A stretch of DNA of 32,000 bases from contig BAAFSQ010000074.1 in NCBI GenBank assembly GCA_054661495.1, positions 8,205-40,204 on the forward strand, read 5' to 3'. The position numbers and the translations under genes were made by a program. Shown here piece by piece: positions 1 to 11,840 of the stretch. The notes under the pieces were generated by a model. The model did no database searches, was not told where the DNA came from, and was given only the letters and a program-made list of their open reading frames with translations. How positions within the stretch are numbered: position 1 is the first letter of the stretch; each line of letters begins with the position of its first letter. The stretch is from Zygophlyctis sp. KS116. Taxonomy: Eukaryota; Fungi; Chytridiomycota.

Positions 1-683
1 ATGGAAAATTGTATATAAAAACTTTGGAAAATGATTGGCAGATATTTCTGGAAAAAGTTTTAAGCTTTGATGCAGGTTCATTTTTGTCTGTTTGCCTCGG
101 TGACTCTACAAATATTTATTCATTTGATCTTCAACCTTTAAATACATCTAAATTACAGATGCAGAAAGTTTCAGCTGGAGTTCAGCATTGTATTGCATTT
201 GATACCTTAGGCAGAGTTTGGGGGTTCGGTTCAAATCTGCACGGCCAGCTAGGAATCAATACAATAGAAGTCTCAGAATGGCATATGAATCACACACTTG
301 AAGGGCTGAAAGTAGTTGATGTTGCAGCTGGAGACTTGTTTTCACTCTTTTTAACTAGTGACGGCGTTGTATATTCTTGTGGATCTAATACCTTTGGCCA
401 GTTGGGAGTGCCCCTTCAAGGTTTTGAAGCAGTAGGTCAAAATATACCGAGACCAGTTTTTGAATCAGCGGCAGAGGTTAATTTGCAGCTTGCAGCGGGA
501 TCTAGGCACTCTCTAATACTAATGGGAGATTGTGTTTACGGATCAGGATGGAGCAAGTATGGGCAGTTGGGTGAAATTACTGGACAAATTCAAGGATTTA
601 AGCATATATTTACGAATCTACAAGTGTCTAAAGTAGAAGCTGAAAACTGGGAGTCAATACTTGAAATCTATGACCACTCTTGA
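1..683 (+). CDS. RCC1-repeat beta-propeller protein (RCCD1/Ats1-like), 5' end outside window
   Basis: Frame is open from nt 3 to TGA at 681-683. Three RCC1 repeats: VSAGVQHCIAFDTLGRVWGFGSNLHGQLG, VAAGDLFSLFLTSDGVVYSCGSNTFGQLG, LAAGSRHSLILMGDCVYGSGWSKYGQLG. Confidence 0.85.
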   Translation, partial: GKLYIKTLENDWQIFLEKVLSFDAGSFLSVCLGDSTNIYSFDLQPLNTSKLQMQKVSAGVQHCIAFDTLGRVWGFGSNLHGQLGINTIEVSEWHMNHTLEGLKVVDVAAGDLFSLFLTSDGVVYSCGSNTFGQLGVPLQGFEAVGQNIPRPVFESAAEVNLQLAAGSRHSLILMGDCVYGSGWSKYGQLGEITGQIQGFKHIFTNLQVSKVEAENWESILEIYDHS

Positions 684-718
684 GTCTATTAATAGATATT
701 CATAATCTTTATCAAATA

Positions 719-3071
719 CTACTCTGAATTTTCCCATCCTTTATCAAAGCAATAATAGTCTAGTGAAGTATTTGGATTTCCTGCCCATACTGGAAAACTT
801 ATTCCGTTTTGATCTAGAGTAGCAATAGCCAGTTGTGCCAAAGAAACTCCAGAATCGATCGCAACAGACAGCACATAATTATACTTTTTCCACCATTCAT
901 AATGATGCTTGAAAATATAACACTGAAATAGCCAAGATAAAGCGAGAGGAATAACTACACCGTTCTGAAAAGAGCCAGGGTTCGGATATCCAGTAGACAA
1001 AATAGGAATATTTATATAATGCCAGAATTCAGCTTTGTAATACCTATTTCCGATCCATGGTATAATGGGCAGTACTGCTCCATACAAGAAGAACCATAAT
1101 AAGCTTTCATATATCGAGCCTGCTCCAAAAAACTTCTGCGGCCCTATAGCACCCCAAATTGCACCAGCGGAGTAAAAAGTACTATAAGAAATAGGATTCC
1201 AATCTTCTGCTTTAAACAAAACATCTGAGAGTAATGATTCACTCCATATAGAGACACAGTTATTGATGATTGCACCAATGACTGTTCCGTATAATTGAGC
1301 GACAATCATATGTACAGGATTAATTTTCATATAATGACCCAATTTCAAATCTCCTAAAAGTGACAAAGCTTGAATAATAGTATTAGTGCCTAAACTTTTA
1401 AAAGCCATCACGGCTACTGTTTGCCCTGGGATAAGAAGCCCGATCACAAACTCTGTTAGAACATTCAGCCCCAGCTGAAGGCCTGTAATGGCTTGTATCA
1501 CGCCTATAGGGAGCAAAAAAAGCATTGTTATGCCAATACACAAAAAAACTGCCCAAACGGGCATGGTAAATGGAGTTGATACTGATACAATAACCTGAAC
1601 AACGATCATCAATAGAAGAAACACCGCAAACACCCAGTCTGGTACGTCAGGATAAGCTTCCATCAATCGATTATGAATATCAGTCTCTTCATTTCTTTGT
1701 GCAATCGCTGCCCTAAATTGTTTCCAGATTGACCGTCCGTACCACAAAAATACATGGGATATGGCAGCTGTTATTGCCATAAAGCTTGTTCCATATGAAA
1801 CTTAAATTTAATCGAATAAAAAGAATACCAGCAAAAAAAGTGGTAATATGTATTGGACCGTGCTGGCTATATGCGGTTTCATTCATGTCAAATGTTTTAC
1901 TGTCCATCAAATCTAACGGCCGAAAGTGCTGTCCATCTCTATTATAAAGATACGGATCATTTAATGTCCATTTTCCATTAAGCTCTTGGTCTTTTCCAAA
2001 AGCATTAGAAAAGAAGAGAATTGGCACTATTATCCATCCCCATACACTATTATTAGATTTCAAATACAATTTACATATTGCTTATCGCAAATTGTAATGA
2101 AGCATAAAACGGCGTTGTTAAATACTGACCTCCAGCATAGTAAAAATCAGCCGTTAAGGAAAAAATTCCTGGTCCTGCACTTTCACCAGTTGACGAAAGA
2201 AATCTGGCAACATTATTGGAAGTTAGCAAGCAAATAATAGAAAATGATTGAAGTACAGTCATAAAATATTGTGGTATCCAAGAATATACAAAAACAGCAA
2301 AAGCGGACATCCAAAAAAACTTATACCTGGAAAGCTTATACCTTGAAAATATCTCTGTTTCGTCAACTTTTTCATGAAATCCCACAAATAATGCTACTTG
2401 AGATAGATTACTGGGCCAGTACATAGAAGCCGGCTTGACCAGAAAACGCCGTAAAATTCCAGCTAATCCAAAGCCAATTAATTGCACTGACATGACGAAT
2501 GCAAGCGAATTGAAATAATTTATTTCTTGATTATTCTATATTTATTAATATTCGAAAATACCATAAATTTCGTAAATTTTTGAACCACCACATTATCTAC
2601 ACCGTATGCTACTCCCCCTAAATACTATAAGAAGGAAGAAAAATACCTCCTGCTGCCGCAATTATCGTAATAAGTACGTGTTCTTTGATTGAAAAAGGCC
2701 CTGGATTGAGCGAAAATGCGTACGTTCCAATTCTAAATTCCTTTGATGGTAATACAGCGGCCATAATGATCCCCATAGGATAACTAAGTAGAGTGGCGAC
2801 CGTTGATGGGATTGCAAACGGATTAGTTCTAAACATAAAGATTGAATTGATAGTTGCCAGCAGAATATTCCATAATGTCCCCAATATCAATACTCTAAAG
2901 CTCAAACTGGGAGTTGACGGATCATCTGTCGTCGGTACAATGGCTGAAACATACACGTTTGTTCTACACTATTAATACAGTAAGATCTTACGAATCTTTA
3001 TCGCTTTCATGATCATAGTCTAATTCTTCATGATCATCGCTGTTAGATACTTTAGAGAAGCCAAATGCCAT
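719..3071 (-). CDS. OPT-family oligopeptide transporter, copy A (737 aa, 6 exons)
   Basis: Exons 3071-2992, 2963-2647, 2617-2562, 2535-2075, 2046-1829, 1800-719. GT-AG introns of 28, 29, 26, 28, 28 nt. Spliced length 2214 nt, in frame. OPT motifs PTTDDP, NPGPFSIKEH, KLGHYMKI, WWKKYNYVLS. Confidence 0.93.
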
Positions 3072-3232
3072 AATTACCCCTGATTTTCTTTCTCCGCAGA
3101 GCTAAGTAACGGAGCCGCTTAGGTGGCTTTTGATCCTGTCCGAGCTCCAAAGTCTCAGATAATTTCATTTACTAAATCGTACATTATATTTATTATAAAT
3201 AATTTTATATCATGATGATTCAGTTCCAATAT

Positions 3233-5581
3233 TCATTTCCAATGCTGATCAAAACAGTAGTAATCAAGCGCAATTCCTTCATCAGTATCAGGATTTCCTG
3301 CCCAAATTGGGAACTTTATTCCATATTGTGCCATGATAGCCAACATAAAAACTGTAAGTGATACGCCTGCATCCGCTGCAGAAGCAAAAATATAGTTATA
3401 GTTTTTCCACCATTCATAATGACGGTTAAAAATATAGTACTGGAAAATCCAAGAAACAAACAATGGAATCATAACAGCATTTTGATACATTCCAGGAAAT
3501 CCAACACCACTGGCAAGTAACGGAATATTGATGTAATGCCAAAAGTCCGCCTTATACATTTTGTTCCCAAGCCATGGGATTAAAGGAAGAATAGCTCCAA
3601 TCAAGAAAAACCAAAGAAGAGATTCGTACTTTGAGCCGATTCCAAAAAATCGCTGAGGACCTATAGCTCCCCATATAGCACCGGCTGAATAAAAGGCATC
3701 AAATACACTTGGTTTCCAATCTTCTTCTTTAAATAATACATCTGAAAGTAATGATTCAGCCCATATAGAAACACAATTATTAATGATTGCACCAACGACT
3801 GTCCCATATAATTGAGCGGCTATCATGTGTACAGGATTAATCTTCATATAGTGGCCAAGCTTCAAATCAGCAATTAGAGACAATCCTTGAATTATGGTAT
3901 TCGTCCCAAGGCTTTTAAATGCTATCACTGCAACTGTTTGACCTGGAATTAAAAGTCCGATCACGAATTCGGACAGAACATTCAGCCCCAATTGAAGTCC
4001 CGTAATCGCAGTAATTATTCCAATAGGTAGAAGGAAAAAGAATGTAATTCCTACACATAAGAATACTGACCATATTGGCATAGTAAATGGCGTCCAGATC
4101 GAAACCGCAACTTGTACAAAAACCATAACAATCAAAAATGCAAGAAACATCCAATCTGGGACATCTGGATATGATTCCATTAATCTGTTATGAATATCCT
4201 TTTCTTCATTTTTTTGCTTAAGAGCTGCTTTGAATTGTTTCCAAATCGACGATCCATACCATAAGGTTACATGGGAAACTGCGGCAGCGATTGACATAAA
4301 ACTGTTTCCATACAAAACTAAAAATTTAACTGACTATTATAGTCTCACCTGCAAAATAAGATGTAATAGAAATAGGTTGCACGGCATCATATGCAGTTTG
4401 ATTTAAATTATAAGTTGTTTTATCCATGAGGCTTACAGGATGAATACTTGTGCCGTTTCTATTGTAAAGTGTAGCAGTATTAAGAGACCATTTATTTCCT
4501 AATTTACTATCCATTCCAAAGGCATCATTGAAGAATAGGATAGGTACTACGATCCAGCTCCAAAATCTAATGTTACAAAAACAAACTTACACGCTACTTA
4601 ATGCAAACTGAACAGATGCATAGAATGGTGTAGTTAGTGAACCTCCTCCGATATATATCCAATCCATTGTAAATGCCATTAATCCAACCCCATTTGATCG
4701 CGATGAAGATGATAAAAACCTGACAACTTTATTTGAGGTTAATAAGCAAATAATTGAAAATGACTGAAGTACTGGGAAAAAATATTCTGGTATCCAGGTA
4801 TATACAAAAAAGGCAAATGATACCAACCAAAAAAACTTGAATCTTGACATTTTACTTTTTGAATATGTATCATCTTCGGCTTTCTCGTGAAAACTAACAA
4901 AAAGAGCTACCTGAGACAAAATCCCAGGCCAGTACATTGCTGCAGGCTTTACCAAAAATCTTCTCATAATTCCAGCCAATCCAAATCCGATCAATTGAAC
5001 AGACATGACAAACGCTAAAGAATTCAGGTAAGTGACATTCTTATTCCCCTAAAAATGAGCATTGTGGTAGTTACCATATATGCATCAAATCTTTGCATTA
5101 CTACATTATCAACTCCATATGCCACACCACCTATTAATTTAAGAAATATTGAAATTTTAAGCTACCTCCCGCCGAAGCAATAATAGAAATAAGTACATGC
5201 TCCTTTATTGAAAATGGTCCCGGGTTTAAAGAAAACGCATAAGGACCCAAGTTATATATTCTATTTGGTAATGATCGTGTCATCATGATCCCCATAGGAT
5301 ATGTCAATAATGTTGCGACCGTTGATGGTATCGCAAACTTGTTTGTTCGAAATTGGAAAATAGAGTTTGCAGATGCCAGCAGAATATTCCATAATGTCCC
5401 CAATATCAATACTCTAAAGCTCAAACTGGGAGTTGACGGATCATCTGTCGTCGGTACAATGGCTGAAACGTACACGTTTGTTCTACACTATTAATACAGT
5501 AAGATCTTACGAATCTTTATCGCTTTCATGATCGAAATCATCGTCATCTTTTACTTCGACCTTTGTGAATCCCAATGCCAT
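3233..5581 (-). CDS. OPT-family oligopeptide transporter, copy B (734 aa, 6 exons)
   Basis: Exons 5581-5511, 5482-5166, 5130-5075, 5048-4591, 4566-4349, 4317-3233. Introns of 28, 35, 26, 24, 31 nt at the same positions as copy A. Same OPT motifs. Confidence 0.93.
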
Positions 5582-5724
5582 AACAAGGATTCTCAAAATT
5601 AATTGCTTATAGGCGGCTTAGTTAAATATCGCTGGAGCGCAAAAGCCACGGTAAGCTCACTGTCGGATAATCTTCAATTATATTTACAATACAAGATATC
5701 TAAACTTTTAATCATCAATAACAC

Positions 5725-8079
5725 TTAATCGCAATAGTAATCAAAGTCTACAATCTCTTGATCTGGATTTCCTGCCCAAATGGGGGCTTTAACACCTAAT
5801 TGTGCCAATATAGTAATTACAAAGACTGTAAGAGTAGCACCGGTATCAGAGGCGCTTGCCAAGACGTAATTGTACTTTTTCCACCATTCATAATGCCTCT
5901 TAAAGATATAATTTTGGAAAATCCAGGCAACCATCAGTGGCACAACTAAAGTTACCTGATAGCCTCCAACACCTATAGGATTGCTACATAAAAGTGGTAT
6001 ATTTATATAATGCCAAAAGTCAGCTTTGTAGATCTTGTTACCAATCCAAGGGATGAATGGAAGAGCTGCTCCGTACAAAAACCACCATATCAGAGATTCA
6101 TACACTGAACCAGATCCAAAGAATCTTTGAGGACCAATAGATCCCCAAATAGCTGCTGCTGAATAAAATATATTGTAATTCTGGGCTTTCCAATCAGAAG
6201 ATTTGAACAAAAGATCGGATAATAGAGTTTCGGACCAAATCGCTACGATTGTATTAATAATAGCGGCCAAGACAGTCCCGTAGAATTGAGCGGCAACCAT
6301 ATGCACTGGATTAACCTTCATATAGTGTCCTAGTTTTAAATCATTGACTAAAGTTAAAGCTTGAATTAAAGTGTTTGTGCCGAGACTTTTGAAGCAGATT
6401 ACAGCAACTGTTTGCCCTGGAATCAAAAATCCAATAATAAATTCAGTCAAAACATTAATATAGAAGCCAACTCCTGTTACAGCTACAATGACACCAAACG
6501 GAAGTAAGCATAATATCACAATGCCCAAACACAAAAATACAGACCAAATTGGCATAGTAAATGGAGTAACTACGGAAACAATGCAATGCACCACAACCAT
6601 TATTGCTAAAAATATCAGGTATGCCCAATCTGGAACATCTGGATACGCAGCCATCAAACGGTTATGAATATCCGTCTCTTCATTCTTTTGCTTCAAAGCC
6701 GCTTTGAATTGTTTATAAATCGATTTTCCATACCAAAGTGCAACATGTGATACAGCGGCTGCAACAGACAAAAAGCTAGTTCCATATTGAACTTTAAATT
6801 AGATTCCAGGCTATGATTACCTGCAAAAGAAGTCGTAATTCGGATAGGCTTGATTTGATCATACGCTGTTTGATTCAAATCATAACTAACCCGATCCATA
6901 AGAGCCAGACCTCTGAAAGAAGTCCCATTTTTATCAAATAATGATGGAGTATTTAAAGTCCATGAATCTCCCAGCTTCGTATCCATTCCAAAAGCATCCG
7001 AAAAAAATAGAACCGGGATTACAATCCACCCAAAAATACTAATTCAATAAAATTATAAGTTCCTACAGTGCACTAATTGAAGATTGAAGTGTTGCATAAA
7101 ATGGTGCAGTCAATGACCCGCCTCCAATATATATCCAGTCCAAAGTCATACCCATTATCCCAACACCCTTTCCTGGACTGACGGAAGTAAGGAAACGAGC
7201 AGCCTTGTTTGAAGTCAAGAGACAGATTATCGAAAAAGCCTGTAATACATTCATGAAAAATTGTGGGATCCATGTATAAATAAAGAACCCAGCGACAGCC
7301 ATCCAGAAAAACTTATATCTAGACATTGGATAACGTGAAAATGGCTCATTTTCGTTTACATTTTCATGAAATCCCACAAACATTGCTACAGTAGATAGAG
7401 AGTTTGGCCAATACATTGCTGGAGGTTTCACTAGAAATCTTCTCACCATCCCAGCCAAACCAAAACCAAGTAATTGTAAAGACATTACAAACGCCAACGA
7501 CCCAAAAAATCCCACTTCCTTATTTCCCTAATTATATCAATTCATTGGAAATTAATACCATATAATGATCAAATCTTTGCATTACTACATTATCTACACC
7601 ATAAGCAATCCCACCTTGAAATTTTAATTATTATATCTTACTTCCAGCAGACGCAATGATATAAATCAATACATGTTCTTTTATAGAGAATGATCCCGGA
7701 TTAAGTGAGAATTTATACGGTCCCAATCTACAGACAAAATCTGGAATAGTGCGTGCCATCAATATCCCCATTGGGTAACTTAACAAGGTTGCAACTGCTG
7801 AAGGAACAGAAAATGGATTTGTTCTAAATCCAAATATAGTACTTGATACTGCTAATAGAATATTCCATAATGTTCCCAATACCATGACTCGAAAAGTAAA
7901 ACTGGGAGTTGACGGATCATCTGTTGTTGGTACAATGGCTGAAACATATACATTTACACTTTAAATTACTGCATGAAATTAACATACGAATCCGTATCAT
8001 CAAATTCATTCTCGACATTCAATTCTTGTCCGATATCTTCCTCGTCCCTTGATTTCACTTTGGAAAATTCAATTGTCAT
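5725..8079 (-). CDS. OPT-family oligopeptide transporter, copy C (736 aa, 6 exons)
   Basis: Exons 8079-7988, 7958-7642, 7614-7559, 7527-7067, 7038-6821, 6791-5725. Introns of 29, 27, 31, 28, 29 nt at homologous positions. Motifs NPGSFSIKEH and KLGHYMKV. Confidence 0.93.
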
Positions 8080-8456
8080 TTCAAATTATTTTCTAGAGTT
8101 TGTAATCTGTTGCTTTCTGGCTTATCATATCAACCGACGCTTGTGATTCGTTTAACACGGCAAAGCACAAGAATGAAGCATCAAAACTTTAGAATGTACA
8201 AATGGGAGCTTTGCAAGCCTTTGCTGCAGTTGATCTTTCACATGCGTTTCTTGAATTGCGCTGATTTTGTTTGAATGATCAATGAGCTTTGCAACCCAGC
8301 GACTAAATTGTACTTTTCAATCTTCAAATAAAACTGTTGCATTATTTTTAGCTAAATAATATGCCTAAAAGAACTAACAAGCAATGTGCTTGGAAATGGT
8401 CAATCAGACATGAAATTATAAAAAATAATTAATATTTCAACCTTTAAACACATTAT

Positions 8457-11400
8457 TTACTTGATCAATTGCTTAATAGATTGGCAAACTTGAGTTAATC
8501 GCTGTCCATTAGTAAGTGAAGAGAGACACTTTGCAATCTGAAATTCACTATTGATCAATTGATAGAAACTTACGTGACATCTCCAAATGCATTATTAAAG
8601 GTCCACTTCCAATGGCCATAAGGATAGGAAATGTCGCCCAGAGAGTTTAAAAAAGAAAATGAAAGCGTGAATCGAGTATTCTTTTCGTATGAGAAAAATG
8701 TAATACAAATTTGTAAAGGAGAGGATGAGTCTCCCTCAAGAATTTTTATGATACATTCTTCTCGAGCCAAATGAATATCAAGTGTAAGCATTTTTAGTTT
8801 TTCCCAAATCTTTTGAGTATTTTCAAGAGTCTAACAATTAATTTGGATATGTTACCCTTTTAAAATCTTCAATACAGAAACATGGCTCAAATGATTTCTG
8901 GTATGCTGACAATACTTTCTGGATTTTATAAACTCCCCAGAACTCGATTACTTGGGATTTGTCTTCTAATTTGGCAAGAACTTGGGTAACACGCTGTAAT
9001 TTAGTTTAAGTTTCTTACAAGAACTTCAGGTATAGATTCATCCACCATTAATTTTGGATAAAAGGCTTCCCCATTATAATCAAAAGTTACTTGTATCGTT
9101 AGATCATATGACATGGATATTTTGTCATTTGAGACTAAAGTTGGGATCCATCTGTGAGTTAAGAATAGGAGTCTAAATTCCTCTAACAGTTAATATCTGA
9201 ATATCTTACGTTTTAAATGTAGCAAATCGTCGGGTTCAAAAAGAGTCAGCTCTTTACATGTTTCCTCCGCATTCATGATTGCCTTAATAGTTCATTTGAA
9301 GTGAAAATACCTCTTTTACTAATGACTCTTCAACAATCATTGCTTCCTCATTTAATACTTCTACAGCTGCTTTCGATTTTAGCGATTCTAAGGTAGACTT
9401 GAGTTGGGCAATTGATTTTCTAAAATATCAAAGATTGAACTCATACATTTGATGATCTTCTTCTTCTTGTAGACGCTCTAGGGCGCTTTTCCTGTCTGAA
9501 TAATCTGCATTACGTTTTAGGTGAATCTCTGATATTTTAGACTCCAATTCTTGAAGGTATGCATTTGATTCTTGAATCATTCCTTCCATGTGTTCATCAA
9601 ACTGATGAACATATCTTTGGTCCTAAAATCAAATCAACATTTTCTATAATTACCCTTGACAATCTTTCTATATTTTCATCCAAAGATTCTTCAAGCGGGC
9701 CCAATAACTTTTCTCGCCATGTATACCAGGATTCCTTTGTTTCCAGTCTTGTAAATGATTTTGTAGATTTCAAATTAACCTATGATTATAAGTTTATAAA
9801 AATACCATGAGTTCTTCTCTTTCCTCTTTTGTACCTTCACAGACTTCATAAAAAATCAGCGGTGTAGAAATTGCTATTTCAGACTCTCTTTCTCTCATGG
9901 CAGTTTTACCTTCCTCGATATACTGACTAAGTTCTTTGCATCCCTTTAGCAAATAAGGTTAAAATTAATCTTACAAACTCGAAAATTTCAAGTTCAGGGA
10001 ACCAGACCGCTGCTGCTTTTGCATATTCAGCATCTGACGGAGCACCTATTGAATTGTTGGACAAATGATGCTTACCAGTTTCCATTGCAAAAGCAGTGCT
10101 TTCTCGACGGAAAGAAGTTATGATATTATCCATAAATCTTATTCCTGTATCATTGTAAAACTCTGAGAGAGTCGATATAGGTCGTTCTCGTTTAATCTAA
10201 ATCTTTAAAATAAATTAGTACCTCTGAGATTATTGGTAGTTCTTGTGAAAAAGAGGCTTCTCCGATTGATAGTTGCTCATCCATAAGATTATCTTCTACC
10301 AATCAAAACTAATTAATATACCATGTTCATTTCGAATTGACTCATTATCATCTTTGTCAGGTTCCAAATAAGAAATTGAAGTAGTCTTTGGTTTAAAATT
10401 AAATAGCTCCCTAGATAAAGATGGCTCTTGAGAGGATAAGATCGTATTTTGACTTAAAGAATAATCGCTCTGAGTTAAAGGTTCTTCAGTCTCGTGTTTT
10501 TCGTCGCATGGAAAGGTTTCTCTAATCAGCGATATACACTGAGAGAGCTTCGACCGTACTTTTGGCGTATAAGGAGATGACATTGCTTGTGCGAGTCTAG
10601 CTCTGGGTGAAGATCTAGTTGGACCTAAATTTTAAAATAACAACAATGGTACTCTTTTCTTTTAAAGGCGATGGTGACATAGAATAACGTCTGCTGCTTC
10701 TTCTAGAACTTTTTGGAGACGGCGTTTTACTTTTACCTTGAGATGATTTCGTTTCTTTAAATCACAAAATGGAAATGTACCTGGTTCTAATGAAATATTA
10801 GATTTTTCAGACTTTTCGTGGGGAATATCTTCCGTAATACTAGATTGACTACTAGTCTCCATTTCTTCACAAGACTCAATGTCTTGGCCATCCTGAGAGT
10901 CTTCATCAGAGTCCCGATTAGACTTTACTATGCTTCTGTACTTTGGGCTTTCAAAGAAACATGCAATGCTATCTCTGGCTCTGTATTTTTGTTTCTTCTC
11001 AACGAGAGGAGCGGGTGAATTTTCTACAGAAGCAGCAGAGTTTAGGAAACTATAATGACCAGTGACTGGACTGCTAATATCCATATTAACAGTATCATCC
11101 TTGAAGTTTGATCCTTGATTTTCCGATTGTTGCTTTACGGGAGAACTATCATTCTCATTGAAAAATCCGGCAATCGTATCTCGACGACTTTGGGACGCCA
11201 ATATAGAAGAATTTTGATGAACAGATCCATATTGATCCATTCGCATCGAAGAATTTGGTGTACCTTTTACGCTTATTTCAAAGCTAGATTCCCTAAGATT
11301 ATTAAATAGTAATTACTCTTTTTCCTCTTCATGCGATGCCGCGGGCTCTTGTCCAGGCAATGATAATCGCAGATCAAATGTTTCACTGTTACGACGCACA

Positions 11401-11708
11401 GATGATAAATCTGGCATAGACAAATCTAATTTTTGAGCAGATCCTGGGATAATATTCAGCATGTTAGGAATATCGTCCGAATATGTGTCCTTTTCCCAAC
11501 CTTCGGCATCTTTATCAAACAATCTAACATGCGCAGTAGCTGCAAAAGATACTCTTCTTCCCAGCGATTTTCGCTTGTTTTTAGTTGGTGAATTTTGTTT
11601 TAATTCCTCAAGTATTGGACGATTTTTCTGTACTTGAGACGTCATTCTTGGAGAAGCCTTTTTAGGCGATGATAATCTCGCTGATGCACGTCTTGGGGAC
11701 TCTTTCAT
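8457..11708 (-). CDS. SPC105: Kinetochore protein Spc105/Spc7 (KNL1 homologue), about 958 aa, 15 exons
   Basis: N-terminal PP1-docking RRVSFA, a Ser-rich disordered region with MELT-like MDISS, Spc7-domain segments TGIRFMD and WYTWREKLL, then coiled coil. Introns at 11293-11316, 10755-10780, 10625-10652, 10296-10321, 10197-10221, 9944-9974, 9780-9805, 9623-9653, 9420-9446, 9283-9310, 9183-9209, 8994-9018, 8831-8855, 8548-8573 give one open frame of 2877 nt. Confidence 0.85.
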
Positions 11709-11754
11709 TTGTGTCTGGTTTAATAAGTGTTGCTATCCGATCAACTAAAGTCCG

Positions 11755-11774
11755 ACGCGAACAAAAACGCGAAA
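11755..11774. promoter_or_regulatory. Paired SCB/MCB(E2F)-like G1/S elements upstream of SPC105
   Basis: ACGCGA at 11755-11760 and ACGCGAAA at 11767-11774, about 45-65 bp upstream of the ATG, in AT-rich DNA. Confidence 0.5.
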
Positions 11775-11840
11775 ATTCACCCGTTGATCCAAACAATCTC
11801 ACTGCACTTTCAAAGCCATAAATTAAAGTGAAAAATATTT

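Noticed and set aside
1986-5494. Plus-strand ORFs 1986-2237, 2793-2975, 5285-5494 and alternate-frame ORF 3915-4154
   Set aside because: They are antisense or off-frame shadows of OPT exons. The similarity of the two plus-strand ORFs just reflects the converted tract.
3072-5724. GATA sites and a shared GCTTAG motif in OPT promoters
   Set aside because: Too short and too frequent in AT-rich DNA to support without genome-wide statistics.
8080-8456. 377-bp spacer with repeated GAGCTTTGCAA (8206, 8284) as a possible ncRNA or snoRNA
   Set aside because: No convincing C/D or H/ACA boxes, tRNA fold or ORF. Two copies of an 11-mer are insufficient evidence.
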